Source: a virus | Lineage: Duplodnaviria; Caudoviricetes | IMG/VR virus record: IMGVR_UViG_2791354873_000003 | Span: 1 to 64,000 of that record | Strand: one strand, 5' to 3' | DNA length: 64,000 nt | Shown: one piece after another, positions 25,374-35,350 of the stretch | Position numbering within the stretch: position 1 is the first letter of the stretch | How the letters are laid out: each line of letters begins with the position of its first letter | Notes under the pieces: model-generated | Seen by the model: the letters and a program-made list of their open reading frames with translations, nothing else | Databases searched by the model: none | What the model was told of the DNA's origin: nothing | Position numbers and translations under genes: made by a program

Positions 25374-25850
25374 ATGGCAGCCCTGACAAACGATGTGAAA
25401 GCCTTCATCGTTCAGGCTTTGGCGTGCTTTGACACGCCCACCCAAGTCTCACAAGCCGTGAAGCAAGAATTCGACATCGATGTGACCCGCCAGCAGGTGG
25501 AGCAGCACGACCCGACCAAGCGCGCTGGGGCCAACCTGGCTGCCAAGTGGCGAACCCTCTTTGAGGACACCCGCAAGCGCTTTCGCGAGGAGACCGCCGA
25601 CATCCCTATCGCCAACCGAGCGTTCCGCTTGCGCGGCCTCGGTCGAATGGCTGAGAAAGCCGAGAGTATGCGCAACCTGGCGCTGACGGCCCAGCTGTAC
25701 GAGCAGGCAGCCAAGGAATGCGGCGACATGTACGTCAACCGCAAGATCGAACCCGACAAGCCCCTGGGCTCCCAGGCGGACCAGCAGCACGCCGTTGCTG
25801 AGTACACGCTGGAGCCAGACGAGAATGTCCCGACTACCCCGTACCTATGA
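25374..25850 (+). CDS. terS: Terminase small subunit (DUF2280 family)
   Basis: MAAL...VK.FIVQALACFDTP.QV motif; overlaps the terL start. Confidence 0.85.
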   Translation: MAALTNDVKAFIVQALACFDTPTQVSQAVKQEFDIDVTRQQVEQHDPTKRAGANLAAKWRTLFEDTRKRFREETADIPIANRAFRLRGLGRMAEKAESMRNLALTAQLYEQAAKECGDMYVNRKIEPDKPLGSQADQQHAVAEYTLEPDENVPTTPYL

Positions 25851-27153
25851 CCCGCCGGTTAAGCTGACGCCGAAGCAGGCGAACATCTACTGTTGGGGAT
25901 TCCAGCCAGAGGCGCGTTTCCGTGATGCGGTATGCGGCCGCCGGTTCGGCAAGACCTTCCTCGGCAAGGCAGAGATGCGACGCGCGGCTCGACTGGCTGC
26001 GGAGTGGGGCGTGAGCGTCGAGGACGAGATCTGGTACGGCGCGCCGACGTTCAAGCAGGCCAAACGCGTGTTCTGGCGCCGTCTGAAGCAGGCCATTCCC
26101 GAAGCATGGCGCGCGGCCCGCCCCAACGAGACCGAATGCTCTATCACGCTCAAGTCCGGCCACATCATGCGTGTGGTCGGCCTGGACAACTACGACAACC
26201 TTCGCGGCTCCGGTCTTTTCTTCGTCCTGGTGGATGAGTGGGCCGACTGCCCGTGGGCAGCGTGGGAAGAAGTGCTGCGTCCCATGCTCTCGACCTGCCA
26301 GTACACGATTCCCCAGTCCGGCGAATTGAGGAAGGGAGGCCACGCGCTGAGGATCGGCACCCCCAAGGGTTTCAACCACTGCTATGACACCTACCGGGAT
26401 GGCCAACCAGGTGGCGAGCCTGACCACAAGAGCTGGCAGTACACATCGCTCCAGGGTGGCAATGTCCCGGCCGAGGAGTTAGACGCGGCCCGGCGCAAGA
26501 TGGACCCGCGCACGTTCCGCCAGGAATACGAGGCCGGGTTCGAGAATTACGCGGGTGTCGTCTACTACACCTTCGACCGGAATGAGTGCCGCACCAGCGC
26601 GCGCATCGAGCCAGGCGAGGCCCTACACATCGGCATGGACTTCAACGTCATGAAGATGGCCGCGGTCGTGTACGTCGTGCGCGACGGCCTGCCGCTGGCG
26701 CTGGACGAACTCCACTCGGTGCGTGACACGCCGGAGATGATCGACAAGATCAAGGCGCGATTCCCTGGGCATGGCATCTCCGTATATCCAGACGCCAGCG
26801 GCCAGAACACCAGCAGCAAGAATGCCAGTGAATCGGACCTGTCCTTGCTCAAGAAGGCAGGCTTCACCGTTGTGGTCGACTCGCAGAACCCTGGCGTCAA
26901 GGACCGCATTAACGCGGTCAACTCCATGTTCCTGAACACCTACGGAGAGCGCCGTCTCAAGGTCAATATTGACCAGTGCCCGCAGCTCACACAGTGCCTG
27001 GAGCGCCAGACCTATACGGATAAAGGCGAACCGGACAAAGACCCGAAGAAGGGTCACGACCACATGAACGACGCCGCGGGCTATTTCATCGCCAAGCGGT
27101 TCCCGATCAAGACTCAGTCCGCCGGCACCCGCCGCATCGGAGGTTTGGCGTAA
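25825..27153 (+). CDS. terL: Terminase large subunit
   Basis: CGRRFGKT Walker A, VLVDEWAD Walker B, GMDFN nuclease motif. Confidence 0.95.
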   Translation: MSRLPRTYDPPVKLTPKQANIYCWGFQPEARFRDAVCGRRFGKTFLGKAEMRRAARLAAEWGVSVEDEIWYGAPTFKQAKRVFWRRLKQAIPEAWRAARPNETECSITLKSGHIMRVVGLDNYDNLRGSGLFFVLVDEWADCPWAAWEEVLRPMLSTCQYTIPQSGELRKGGHALRIGTPKGFNHCYDTYRDGQPGGEPDHKSWQYTSLQGGNVPAEELDAARRKMDPRTFRQEYEAGFENYAGVVYYTFDRNECRTSARIEPGEALHIGMDFNVMKMAAVVYVVRDGLPLALDELHSVRDTPEMIDKIKARFPGHGISVYPDASGQNTSSKNASESDLSLLKKAGFTVVVDSQNPGVKDRINAVNSMFLNTYGERRLKVNIDQCPQLTQCLERQTYTDKGEPDKDPKKGHDHMNDAAGYFIAKRFPIKTQSAGTRRIGGLA

Positions 27154-28613
27154 TGCCTGTTCAATCCACCAACCCAGAGTACGACGCTCACATCGAAGAG
27201 TGGCGGATGATGGACGATGCTCTGGAAGGCGAGTGCGCCATCAAGGGCAGTCCACGAAACCTGCCCAAGCCCAGCGGCATGGTCGAGGCTGAAAAGCTGG
27301 ATGGCCAGGGTAATGCATATCTCTACCAGAACTATACGGCGCGGGCGCAGTACGAACACTGGGTGCGCGATTCACTGCGCTCGATGATGGGCCTGGTCTC
27401 CCGGCTCATTCCTGAGGTGAAGCTGCCCAGCGGTCTCAAGGATCTAGAGGCCAATGCCACAGCCGATGGCTTCGGCCTGACCCAGCTTTTCCTGCGCATC
27501 GTTCGGCAGACCATCTCCCACGGCCGTGTGCCGCTTGTGGTCAACGTGGACGACAAGGGCCAGCCTTACTTTGCAACCTACGCCGCCCGGAACGGCATCA
27601 ACTGGGACACCGCCGACCAAGGCGGGCGCCAGGATCTGGTGCTGGCCGTGTTCCGCGAGTTCCGCAAGATGGCGGAGGACCGCTACAGCCATGAGTGCCA
27701 GACGGTCTATCGCGAGTTCTTCATGCAGGGACAGGTCTGCTACACGGCTGTGCGCAACGAAGCAGGCGAACTCATCGATGATGAGCGCCCCCTTGGCACC
27801 GTTGGCGCAGGCAACCAACTGGTGCGTGGGCTCGAGTACATCCCGGTCATCTACTGCGGATCGACCGACAATTCACCGGACGTGGACGAGATCCCGCTGC
27901 TGACGATGGCCAGGGCCGCGCTGAAGTCCTACCAGCTCAGCGCCGACTACTTCACCGCGCTGCACCAGACCAGCCACCCGCAGCCGTGGGTGTCGGGCCT
28001 GGACGAGAGCGTCGAGCTGAGCGTGACCGGGCCGTCTGCAGCCTGGGATCTCGGACCCAAGGGTCAGTGCGGCTATCTGGAGTTCCAAGGGGCAGGTGTT
28101 GAGGCTGTCCGAACGGCCATGTCTGACCAGAAGAGCGCAGCCCTAGAGGCTGGCGCCAAGGTCATGGACGTGTCCGGTACCGAGTCGGGAGAGGCACGCA
28201 AGACGCGCCAGAACGACCAGCATGCCACGCTGCACAGCATCGTCATCACCGCAGCGGCAGCCATTGAGCAGGCCTTGCGGTACGCCGCCGAGTGGACTGG
28301 CTACAACCCGGACGACGTGGTCTTCACGGTCAAGCCGGAGTTCGTCATACCTGAGGTCAACGCCCAGGTGCTGGCTGAGCTGCAGAAGAGCGTCATGGCC
28401 GGCACGATCAGCGCCGAGACCTACTGGCAGTACCTCACCACCGGCAAGCTGCCCGAGCGGGCCTACGACGAAGAGGCCGGGCTGATCAGCGACGAGCGTG
28501 AGTCGGCCGGCATCAATCTGGACAAAGACGATGGCGACGAAACCGACGCAAACGGCGGACGAGATGCTGCTGGAGCAGGTCAGTCGGCACGCGGTGCTGC
28601 TGGAGCGGCTTAA
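27153..28613 (+). CDS. Portal protein (DUF4055-like)
   Basis: 486 aa directly after terL; Y..Y..RA and PL..MA...L..YQ.SADY motifs. Confidence 0.88.
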   Translation: MPVQSTNPEYDAHIEEWRMMDDALEGECAIKGSPRNLPKPSGMVEAEKLDGQGNAYLYQNYTARAQYEHWVRDSLRSMMGLVSRLIPEVKLPSGLKDLEANATADGFGLTQLFLRIVRQTISHGRVPLVVNVDDKGQPYFATYAARNGINWDTADQGGRQDLVLAVFREFRKMAEDRYSHECQTVYREFFMQGQVCYTAVRNEAGELIDDERPLGTVGAGNQLVRGLEYIPVIYCGSTDNSPDVDEIPLLTMARAALKSYQLSADYFTALHQTSHPQPWVSGLDESVELSVTGPSAAWDLGPKGQCGYLEFQGAGVEAVRTAMSDQKSAALEAGAKVMDVSGTESGEARKTRQNDQHATLHSIVITAAAAIEQALRYAAEWTGYNPDDVVFTVKPEFVIPEVNAQVLAELQKSVMAGTISAETYWQYLTTGKLPERAYDEEAGLISDERESAGINLDKDDGDETDANGGRDAAGAGQSARGAAGAA

Positions 28614-29625
28614 AGCGGGTGAGGTCAAGAAGTTCGAGACGGTCCTGCGCCAGGTGGATACCCAAGTGCGGGACCAGCTGACCCGTAAGGAGCTCACGAC
28701 CTACAGCCGAACCCGGCTTGAGGAGTTCCTGGGTCGAGTTGGCGGCAAGCTGCTGGGCATCTACCAAGCGTTTGGCGATCGCATGCAGGCAGACTTGGTG
28801 GACATCGCGCTGTACCTGGCCGCTTTCGAAAGCCGGAGCCTGTCCAAGGCACTGCTCATCAATGCCATCATGCCGACCGACTCGCTGATCCGGGCCGCGA
28901 TCAATACCCAGCCTCTGCAAGTGGCGGGCATTGACGGCGGCACGCTGCTTAAGCCCTTCCTGACGGGCTGGACGCGTACCGAGGGGACACGCGTAACTAA
29001 CGCCATCCGGCTCGGCGTGGTCCAGGGACAGACCAACGCCCAGATTACCCAGGCGATCCGCGGCACGGCCGCGCAGAACTTCACCGATGGCGTGCTGGCG
29101 GTCAGTAACCGTAACGCCAGGTCGGTTGTGCACACCGCCGTACAGCACGTATCTGCAACGGCTCGCATGGAAACGATGGCTGCGAACGCTGAGTTCATAC
29201 CGGGCTATCGCATCGTGGCTACTCTGGACCGGAAGACCAGCCAGCAGTGCAAGAGCCTGGACGGGCGTGAGTTCGAGGTAGGGAAAGGGCCGGTGCCGCC
29301 GTTCCACATCAACTGCCGCACGACCATCACGCCCATCACCAAGCTGTCAGCAGCATTCGCGAAGGGCGCCACGCGCGCATCTGTGGGCGCATCTGGCGGC
29401 GCGCAGGTCTCCGCCAGCCTCAGCTACTACCAGTGGCTGAAAACGCAGCCACCGGCGTTCCAGGACGCTGCGCTGGGACCGGTGCGCGCAAAGCTGTTCC
29501 GCGATGGCGGGCTTACTGCCGAGCGCTTCGCCGCGTTACAGCTGGACAAGAACTTCAAGCCGCTGACGCTGGATCAGCTCAAGGAGCTGGAGCCGTTGGC
29601 GTTCGAGAGGGCCGGTCTTAACTGA
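28531..29625 (+). CDS. Minor head protein (Mu gpF/SPP1 gp7-like)
   Basis: ATLD.KTS..C..LDG and PPFH.NCRT motifs. Confidence 0.9.
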   Translation: MATKPTQTADEMLLEQVSRHAVLLERLKAGEVKKFETVLRQVDTQVRDQLTRKELTTYSRTRLEEFLGRVGGKLLGIYQAFGDRMQADLVDIALYLAAFESRSLSKALLINAIMPTDSLIRAAINTQPLQVAGIDGGTLLKPFLTGWTRTEGTRVTNAIRLGVVQGQTNAQITQAIRGTAAQNFTDGVLAVSNRNARSVVHTAVQHVSATARMETMAANAEFIPGYRIVATLDRKTSQQCKSLDGREFEVGKGPVPPFHINCRTTITPITKLSAAFAKGATRASVGASGGAQVSASLSYYQWLKTQPPAFQDAALGPVRAKLFRDGGLTAERFAALQLDKNFKPLTLDQLKELEPLAFERAGLN

Positions 29626-29737
29626 CCCGCGCCACAAAACAACTAGCCACGATTTCGTGGCGCGAACTACGGCCTCGCATTGCGGGGCCTTTTTCTGCCC
29701 GCCAGGCGGGCCTACTCAGTCCCCAGGGGATAGCCAC

Positions 29738-30511
29738 ATGCCTTTTGACTTCGACCCGGCCGCCCACGGCCTGACCCTCGACGAAACCCAAACTGCCGCG
29801 CTGAAGGCAGCGCTCGGCGGCGAGGTACAGAAATTCCTGGACGGGGAGGTCTCGGGCCTCAAGTCCAAGAATCGGGAGTTGATCGACTCCAATAAGACCA
29901 TCAAGACCGAACTGGACGGCCTCAAGGGCAAGTTCGAAGGCCTGGACATCGAAGCCGTCAAAGGCCTGCTGGCCAAGGCCGGCCAAGACGAAGAAACCAA
30001 GCTGATTGCCGAGGGCAAGCTGGACGAGGTCATCAGCCGCCGCACTGAGCGCCTGCGCACCGATCTGGACAAGCAGGTCAAGGCTGCCAACGAGCGTGCC
30101 GACAAGGCCGAGGCCTTTGCTGCCAAGTACAGCGACAAGGTACTGGCTGACTCCATCCGCGCTGCCGCCATCAAGGCTGGCGCGCTGCCCGAGGCTGCCG
30201 AGGACATCATCCTCCGCGCCCGCGGCACCTTCAAATTGAGCGAAGACGGCGAGCCCGTTGCCACCGACCGTGCCGGCGAAGTCGTGTACGGGAAGGACGG
30301 CAAGACCCCGCTGTCTCCCCTCGAATGGGCGGAATCGCTGCGCGAAACCGCTACCCACCTGTGGCCAAGGGCTCAGGGTGCCGGACAGACCGGCGACAAC
30401 GGTGGCAAGGCCACGAAGAAATGGGGCGAGTACTCCGAGCAAGAGCGCGCCGCGCTGGCTCGAGACAACCCTGAAGCGTTCAAGCGACTCCAAGCCACCC
30501 AAGGAACCTAA
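29738..30511 (+). CDS. Head scaffolding protein
   Basis: Coiled coil between the minor head and capsid genes. Confidence 0.8.
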   Translation: MPFDFDPAAHGLTLDETQTAALKAALGGEVQKFLDGEVSGLKSKNRELIDSNKTIKTELDGLKGKFEGLDIEAVKGLLAKAGQDEETKLIAEGKLDEVISRRTERLRTDLDKQVKAANERADKAEAFAAKYSDKVLADSIRAAAIKAGALPEAAEDIILRARGTFKLSEDGEPVATDRAGEVVYGKDGKTPLSPLEWAESLRETATHLWPRAQGAGQTGDNGGKATKKWGEYSEQERAALARDNPEAFKRLQATQGT

Positions 30512-30514
30512 TCC

Positions 30515-31492
30515 ATGGCAACTACTCAGCTGTCGGACATTTTCGTCCGCGACTACTACGGCGCGTTGGCGCCGGTGAACACCCCTGAAAAAACCGCCGT
30601 CTTCGAATCGGGCATCGTGACCCGCTCGCCGACGCTGGACAACATCGCCAACAACGGCCAGGGCACCTCCGAGATCAGCTACTGGCAGGATCTCGATGCC
30701 GACGAGGCGCCGAACATCTCCAACGACAACCCGGATGACCTCGGCGAGGTCGGCAAGGCTGAGCAAGGCAGCATGCGCGCGCGCACGCTGTACCTCAACA
30801 AGGGCTATGGTGTCGCTGACCTCACGGCCGAACTGGCCAATAGCGAGCCGATGCAGCACATCCGCAACCGCTTCGGCACGTACTGGACCCGTCAGTGGCA
30901 GCGGTACCTGCTGGGTGCTGCACGAGGCATCATCGCCTCGAACATCGCCAACAACGGGGGTGACATGGTCAAGGACGCCGGTGCCAGCATCAGCGCCTCC
31001 GCGTTCCAGGATGCGGCTTTCACCGCCGGCGACGCGGCTGACATGTTCGGCGCTATCGGCGTGCACTCGGTCGTCATGAACCAGATGGTCAAGCAGGATC
31101 TGATCGAGTACCTGCGCGACTCCACTGGCAAGATCATCCTGGCCACCTATCTCGGCAAGCCCGTCTTCATGGACGACAGCCTGACCTACGCGTCCGGCCA
31201 GTTCCTGTCGGTCTTCTTCGGCCAGGGCGCATTCGGCTACGGCGAAGGCACCCCTCACACCCCCGTCGAGATGCAACGCAAGCCTGACGGCGGTAACGGT
31301 GGTGGCGCCGAGGTTCTGTGGGAGCGCAAGACCTTCATCCTGCAGCCTGCCGGTTTCAGCTGGAAGGGCAGCAACAACCTGAACCTGAGCCCGAATGCCA
31401 CCCAGTACGCCAGCGCGGCGAACTGGGAGCGAGTATTCGATCGCAAGCAGGTACCGTTCGCCGCGGTCATCAGCGGCACCGCCACCCCTTGA
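30515..31492 (+). CDS. Major capsid protein
   Basis: 325 aa after the scaffold; strongly biased codons. Confidence 0.88.
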   Translation: MATTQLSDIFVRDYYGALAPVNTPEKTAVFESGIVTRSPTLDNIANNGQGTSEISYWQDLDADEAPNISNDNPDDLGEVGKAEQGSMRARTLYLNKGYGVADLTAELANSEPMQHIRNRFGTYWTRQWQRYLLGAARGIIASNIANNGGDMVKDAGASISASAFQDAAFTAGDAADMFGAIGVHSVVMNQMVKQDLIEYLRDSTGKIILATYLGKPVFMDDSLTYASGQFLSVFFGQGAFGYGEGTPHTPVEMQRKPDGGNGGGAEVLWERKTFILQPAGFSWKGSNNLNLSPNATQYASAANWERVFDRKQVPFAAVISGTATP

Positions 31493-31538
31493 CCCGCCAG
31501 GCGGGGCGCTGACCTAGCGCCCTGCGCAGGAGACCACC

Positions 31539-31844
31539 ATGAAAGTCATCTACACCGACAAGCCCGGCCGTGAGCGCGGCGTTTGCTATCGACTCCTGAG
31601 CCAGTTCTTCGGAGTCATCGACGGAGCCACACAGGTTGTGATCGAGGGTGACGCGCCCGAGATCGTCGAGGCCTACGAGGCGGCCGGTATCAAGGTTGGC
31701 GAGCAATCCAGGGGCGACCAGTCTGAAACCGACCCGCACAAGATGAACGTCCCCGAGCTTAAGGAATGGCTCACCTCCAAGGGTATCGAGTTCGACGCCA
31801 GCGCGAAGAAGCCCGACCTGCAAGCCCTGATCCCGCAGGAGTGA
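31539..31844 (+). CDS. HeH/LEM-domain head-associated protein
   Basis: C-terminal KMNVPELKEWL..KGIEF...AKK.DL motif. Confidence 0.75.
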   Translation: MKVIYTDKPGRERGVCYRLLSQFFGVIDGATQVVIEGDAPEIVEAYEAAGIKVGEQSRGDQSETDPHKMNVPELKEWLTSKGIEFDASAKKPDLQALIPQE

Positions 31845-31847
31845 CCG

Positions 31848-32225
31848 ATGACCGACTTCATCACCGTTGCTGACGTCGATGAGGCGCTCGGGCAGGGCTG
31901 GGCTAGCGCCGGTGATGCGGTCCTTGCCGTGGCCATGGCCAACGCCTGGCTCACGGCCAAGATCAAGCGCGCGTTGCCCGAGGTAGTGCCGGTTGCCATC
32001 AAATCCGCTGGGGCCCAGGTGGCCAAGCTGGCTGTGGCCGGCAAGCTCTACAAGGACACCGAGCGCGAGGTGCAGAGCAAGACCGTATCGGCCCAGTCCG
32101 GAACGTCGACCAGCAAGACCTACGAGGCAGGCTCCGTCGCGCGCTCGAGCGCCGAGAACTATGCGCTGGACCTGATCGCGCCCTGGACCCGCCGCCAGGG
32201 CACCGTGATGCTCAAGAGGGTCTAG
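31848..32225 (+). CDS. Head-tail connector/adaptor
   Basis: F.TVADVD..L start; synteny. Confidence 0.7.
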   Translation: MTDFITVADVDEALGQGWASAGDAVLAVAMANAWLTAKIKRALPEVVPVAIKSAGAQVAKLAVAGKLYKDTEREVQSKTVSAQSGTSTSKTYEAGSVARSSAENYALDLIAPWTRRQGTVMLKRV

Positions 32226-32228
32226 GCC

Positions 32229-32621
32229 ATGGGCATGCGTGAAGAAATCCAAGCGGACTTGGCCGAGGCATTCGACGACCCCGACGGCCTCGCCGATGCA
32301 GTCCGCCCAGTGGAGGGGGCTCGCTCCATCAAGGGCGGCTACGACCCTGCCATCGGCGGCACGGTGCCGGCATCCACGCTTCACTACACGGGCCGCGGTG
32401 TCTTTGGGAGCTACCTAGCCAAGGAGATCGACGGCTCACGTATCCAGACCCAGGACGTGAAGCTGCTGGTGCTGCAGAACGAGTTGTTCGAAGAGCAGGC
32501 CGATGCTGTGACAGCCATCCCGGCAGAACCGAAGATCGGTGACCTGATCAGCGGGTTTCGGACGCTCAACGTCTCCGAAGACCCAGCCAAGGCCACCTGG
32601 ACCGTCCAACTGAGGAAGTGA
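32229..32621 (+). CDS. Head-closure protein
   Basis: DG..I...DVKL.V and DP..ATW..QLR motifs; synteny. Confidence 0.7.
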   Translation: MGMREEIQADLAEAFDDPDGLADAVRPVEGARSIKGGYDPAIGGTVPASTLHYTGRGVFGSYLAKEIDGSRIQTQDVKLLVLQNELFEEQADAVTAIPAEPKIGDLISGFRTLNVSEDPAKATWTVQLRK

Positions 32622-32622
32622 C

Positions 32623-33297
32623 ATGCCACGCGGATCACACATGACCCAGCGCTATGGCGGGCTTGAGGGAGGGTTCGCCGAGAGCATCCGCGCTTTTGCC
32701 GAGCAGGCGCAGCAAGCATTGGACGCCACCTTCCGCGAGATCGTGATCGAGATTGGCAGCAGTGTAATCCGCATGTCTCCGGTGGGTAACCCGGAGATCT
32801 GGGCGGTCAACCTGGCGCACCGAGAAGCCCGCACTGCCGAGGCTGACCGCTATGACGCCAAGGTCGCAGCGCGCAACGAGGCCATCAACCAGAATCCGAG
32901 CAACTTCACCAGGTCGGGCAATCTCAGGCGGGGCGTGCGCTACGCCAAGCCGCTGACCAAGACCGAGCGGGACCAGAACTTCTACGTGAATGGTCTGGTA
33001 GCGGGTCAGGGCTACGTCGGTGGCCGCTTCCGGGGTAACTGGCAGTTCTCCATCGACTCGCCCGCTACTGAGGAGCTTGACCGTATCGACCCATCCGGCA
33101 GCGAGACGATTGCTGCGCTGGTGAGTCAGGTGCAGGCGCTGACCATCGCCCAGACGGCCTATATCGTGAACAACCTGCCATATGCGATTCCGCTGGAATA
33201 CGGGCATTCAACCCAAGCCCCGGCCGGCATGGTCCGGGTCACCCTGGCCAACTTCCAGCGCATCGTCGACGAAGCTACCAGGAACAACAGCGTATGA
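32623..33297 (+). CDS. Neck/tail-completion protein (HK97 gp10-like)
   Basis: G.FRGNWQ, NNLPYA..LEYGHS.QAP.GMVR motifs. Confidence 0.8.
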   Translation: MPRGSHMTQRYGGLEGGFAESIRAFAEQAQQALDATFREIVIEIGSSVIRMSPVGNPEIWAVNLAHREARTAEADRYDAKVAARNEAINQNPSNFTRSGNLRRGVRYAKPLTKTERDQNFYVNGLVAGQGYVGGRFRGNWQFSIDSPATEELDRIDPSGSETIAALVSQVQALTIAQTAYIVNNLPYAIPLEYGHSTQAPAGMVRVTLANFQRIVDEATRNNSV

Positions 33298-33731
33298 GCC
33301 ATGCACGAGCCCGTCAGGCCATCGAGGTCAAGCTGATGGCCTGGGCCGCCGCGCGCCCGATCCGGGTGGCCAACTCCGAGGAGGGGTTCGAGGCCGAGTC
33401 CGGTGAGACCTATCTTCGAGCCTACTTGCTGCCGGCCAGCACCACCTGCCGCTACCTGGGCGGCGACGCCTACGAATACACCGGCGTCTACCAGATCAGC
33501 ATCGTTTGCCCGGCAGGCCAGCCCCTGGGCGTTGCCGAATCACTGGTCGACGAGCTGAGCAGCCTGTTCCGGGTTGATACAGAGCTAAGCCGCAGCGGCT
33601 TCGAAGGCCTGCTCACCGAGCCACTGGAGCAGGGCCCAACCATTACCGAGTCGGCGACCTATACGGTCCCGACCAGCTTCACCTACCGCGGAGTCGCGGA
33701 CCAGCCAACCTTCCAGGAACAGAGCCCATGA
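33294..33731 (+). CDS. Tail terminator-like protein
   Basis: G.YQISIV.P.G.G-type motif; precedes the tube gene. Confidence 0.75.
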   Translation: MSHARARQAIEVKLMAWAAARPIRVANSEEGFEAESGETYLRAYLLPASTTCRYLGGDAYEYTGVYQISIVCPAGQPLGVAESLVDELSSLFRVDTELSRSGFEGLLTEPLEQGPTITESATYTVPTSFTYRGVADQPTFQEQSP

Positions 33732-33919
33732 GCCAGCATCCAGCCATTTCTCAGCCTGCTCAGCTGTCGCCTCCTTTCGTGCTCCGGGATGGCCAGCTGT
33801 TTATGAACGACGCCTTGATTCAGCCGGCCAGTGCGCATCCGAAGAGCCAGATAGAACGCATTGAGGCCGCATTCAAGCGGCGGTTCATTGCAGACCTTAA
33901 GTTCAGTTGGAACAACTAG
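33728..33919 (+). CDS. 63-aa protein carrying a copy of the TipJ C-terminal motif
   Basis: ATGA-coupled; FVLRDGQLFMNDALI versus FTAENGQVVMNDALI in TipJ. Confidence 0.5.
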   Translation: MSQHPAISQPAQLSPPFVLRDGQLFMNDALIQPASAHPKSQIERIEAAFKRRFIADLKFSWNN

Positions 33920-33980
33920 AACCCGCCACCACTGTCCGCTGCGTGCGGACATTTTTGTTTCTACTCAAGAGGAAAACACC

Positions 33981-34640
33981 ATGGCCGCACGCTTCCCGCT
34001 GCCGAACGGCTCTGTGCTGGAAATCGCCAGCGTACTCGCCGCTGCCGTTGCCTTCACTGCTCTGACCAACGCTGCACCTCCAGTGGCCACCGCCGCGGGG
34101 CACAATATCAAGAACGGCGACGTCCTGGTCGTCAGTTCTGGCTGGTCGCTTATCAACGACCGCGCGGTACGCGCTGCCAGTGTTGCCGCTGACAAGTTCT
34201 CGATGGCTGGCCTGAACACCACCAACGCCGACAAGTACACCGCCGGTGCAGGTGTCGGGTCTGTGATCCCTGTGACCAATTGGGCTCAGATCTCGAAGGT
34301 GACCGCCTTCACCTCTTCCGGCGGCGAGCAGCAGTACCTCACTGTCGGGTACCTGGAGGACGATGACGATCGACAGTTCCCTACCAACCGCAACCCCATC
34401 ACCTTGTCGATCACTGTCGAAGATCAGCCTGCGGCTGCCTACGTGGGCCTGGTCGAAGCGTACGGCGACAGCAAAGAGCTGACGGTCGTCCGCCTCAAGT
34501 TGCCCAACGGCGACCAGATCCTCTACCCGGGCTACGTGAGCATCACCACCACCCCGACCATGGAACGCAACAACCTGATGACGCGAACCATCAGCATCGC
34601 GCTCTCGGGCCGTCCGGTTCGCTACCTGGCTGCTGCCTAA
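33981..34640 (+). CDS. Major tail tube protein (lambda gpV-like, with Ig-like insert)
   Basis: LPNG start; GGEQQ...V.YLEDD motif; precedes the chaperones. Confidence 0.9.
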   Translation: MAARFPLPNGSVLEIASVLAAAVAFTALTNAAPPVATAAGHNIKNGDVLVVSSGWSLINDRAVRAASVAADKFSMAGLNTTNADKYTAGAGVGSVIPVTNWAQISKVTAFTSSGGEQQYLTVGYLEDDDDRQFPTNRNPITLSITVEDQPAAAYVGLVEAYGDSKELTVVRLKLPNGDQILYPGYVSITTTPTMERNNLMTRTISIALSGRPVRYLAAA

Positions 34641-34649
34641 GGAAACCTC

Positions 34650-35033
34650 ATGGCGAAGATCAAAATCGCGCAGAACCCGACCTTTACTGCCGAGGTGCAG
34701 GTGCCTCGAATCGGTGGAGAGTCGGTGCCGGTGGAGTTCGAGTTCCGCTACATGGACCGCGTGACGCTGGCTGGCATGTTTGATCGCTGGAACAAGGCGC
34801 GCGACGCCTGGGCAGAGAAGGCCAAGGCCGACAACGTCACCTGGGAAGAGGTGACAACCGGCGAGATTGCTCTGCAGGCTGAGCAACTGGGCGAAATCGT
34901 CACCGGGTGGGACTTGGAGGACAAGTTCAGCCCGAAGGCGATCCTCGAGTTGGTACGTACCTGCACGGGAGCGCCAAAGGCCGTCATCGACGCCTTCCAG
35001 GCTGCCTACAGCCCGGCCCGCTTGGGAAACTGA
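34650..35033 (+). CDS. Tail assembly chaperone (gpG-like)
   Basis: Between tube and tape measure; ends ARLGN*. Confidence 0.88.
   Translation: MAKIKIAQNPTFTAEVQVPRIGGESVPVEFEFRYMDRVTLAGMFDRWNKARDAWAEKAKADNVTWEEVTTGEIALQAEQLGEIVTGWDLEDKFSPKAILELVRTCTGAPKAVIDAFQAAYSPARLGN
35024..35030 (+). other. Programmed -1 frameshift site G GGA AAC
   Basis: X-XXY-YYZ heptamer just before the chaperone stop; the -1 frame stays open to 35347. Confidence 0.85.
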
Positions 35034-35347
35034 GGGCGGCCGCCCGCGCGTGCTACGAGCAGGGTCCTTCTGCTGAGCAGTTGGCCGCTCTCGGCCTGAC
35101 CTTGGCTGACATTGCGGAGGATGAAGTGGAGGTGTGGCCAGATGCCTGGCCTGCCTTCCGGCTGTTCGACGCAATGGGCACGCAATGGCGAGTCGGCACA
35201 GGCGGCCCGTCTGGACTGGATTACACGGTAATTCCGACAGCAGCCTCAATGCTGGGCATCAAGCGCCGCGACCTTCCCGACATTTTTCCCGACCTCCGCG
35301 TGATGGAAGTCGAGGCCCTGGCCGTCATGGCCGAATCCATGGAGTAG
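35030..35347 (+). CDS. gpGT-like frameshift extension (DUF1799-like)
   Basis: VWPD.W.AF.LF..MGTQWR....G..GLDY motif. Confidence 0.85.
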   Translation: MRAAARACYEQGPSAEQLAALGLTLADIAEDEVEVWPDAWPAFRLFDAMGTQWRVGTGGPSGLDYTVIPTAASMLGIKRRDLPDIFPDLRVMEVEALAVMAESME

Positions 35348-35350
35348 ATC

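Noticed and set aside
29618-31276. 552-aa minus-strand ORF
   Set aside because: Antisense shadow of the GC3-rich scaffold and capsid genes; no motifs.
33903-35249. 448-aa minus-strand ORF
   Set aside because: Shadow of the tail tube and chaperone genes.
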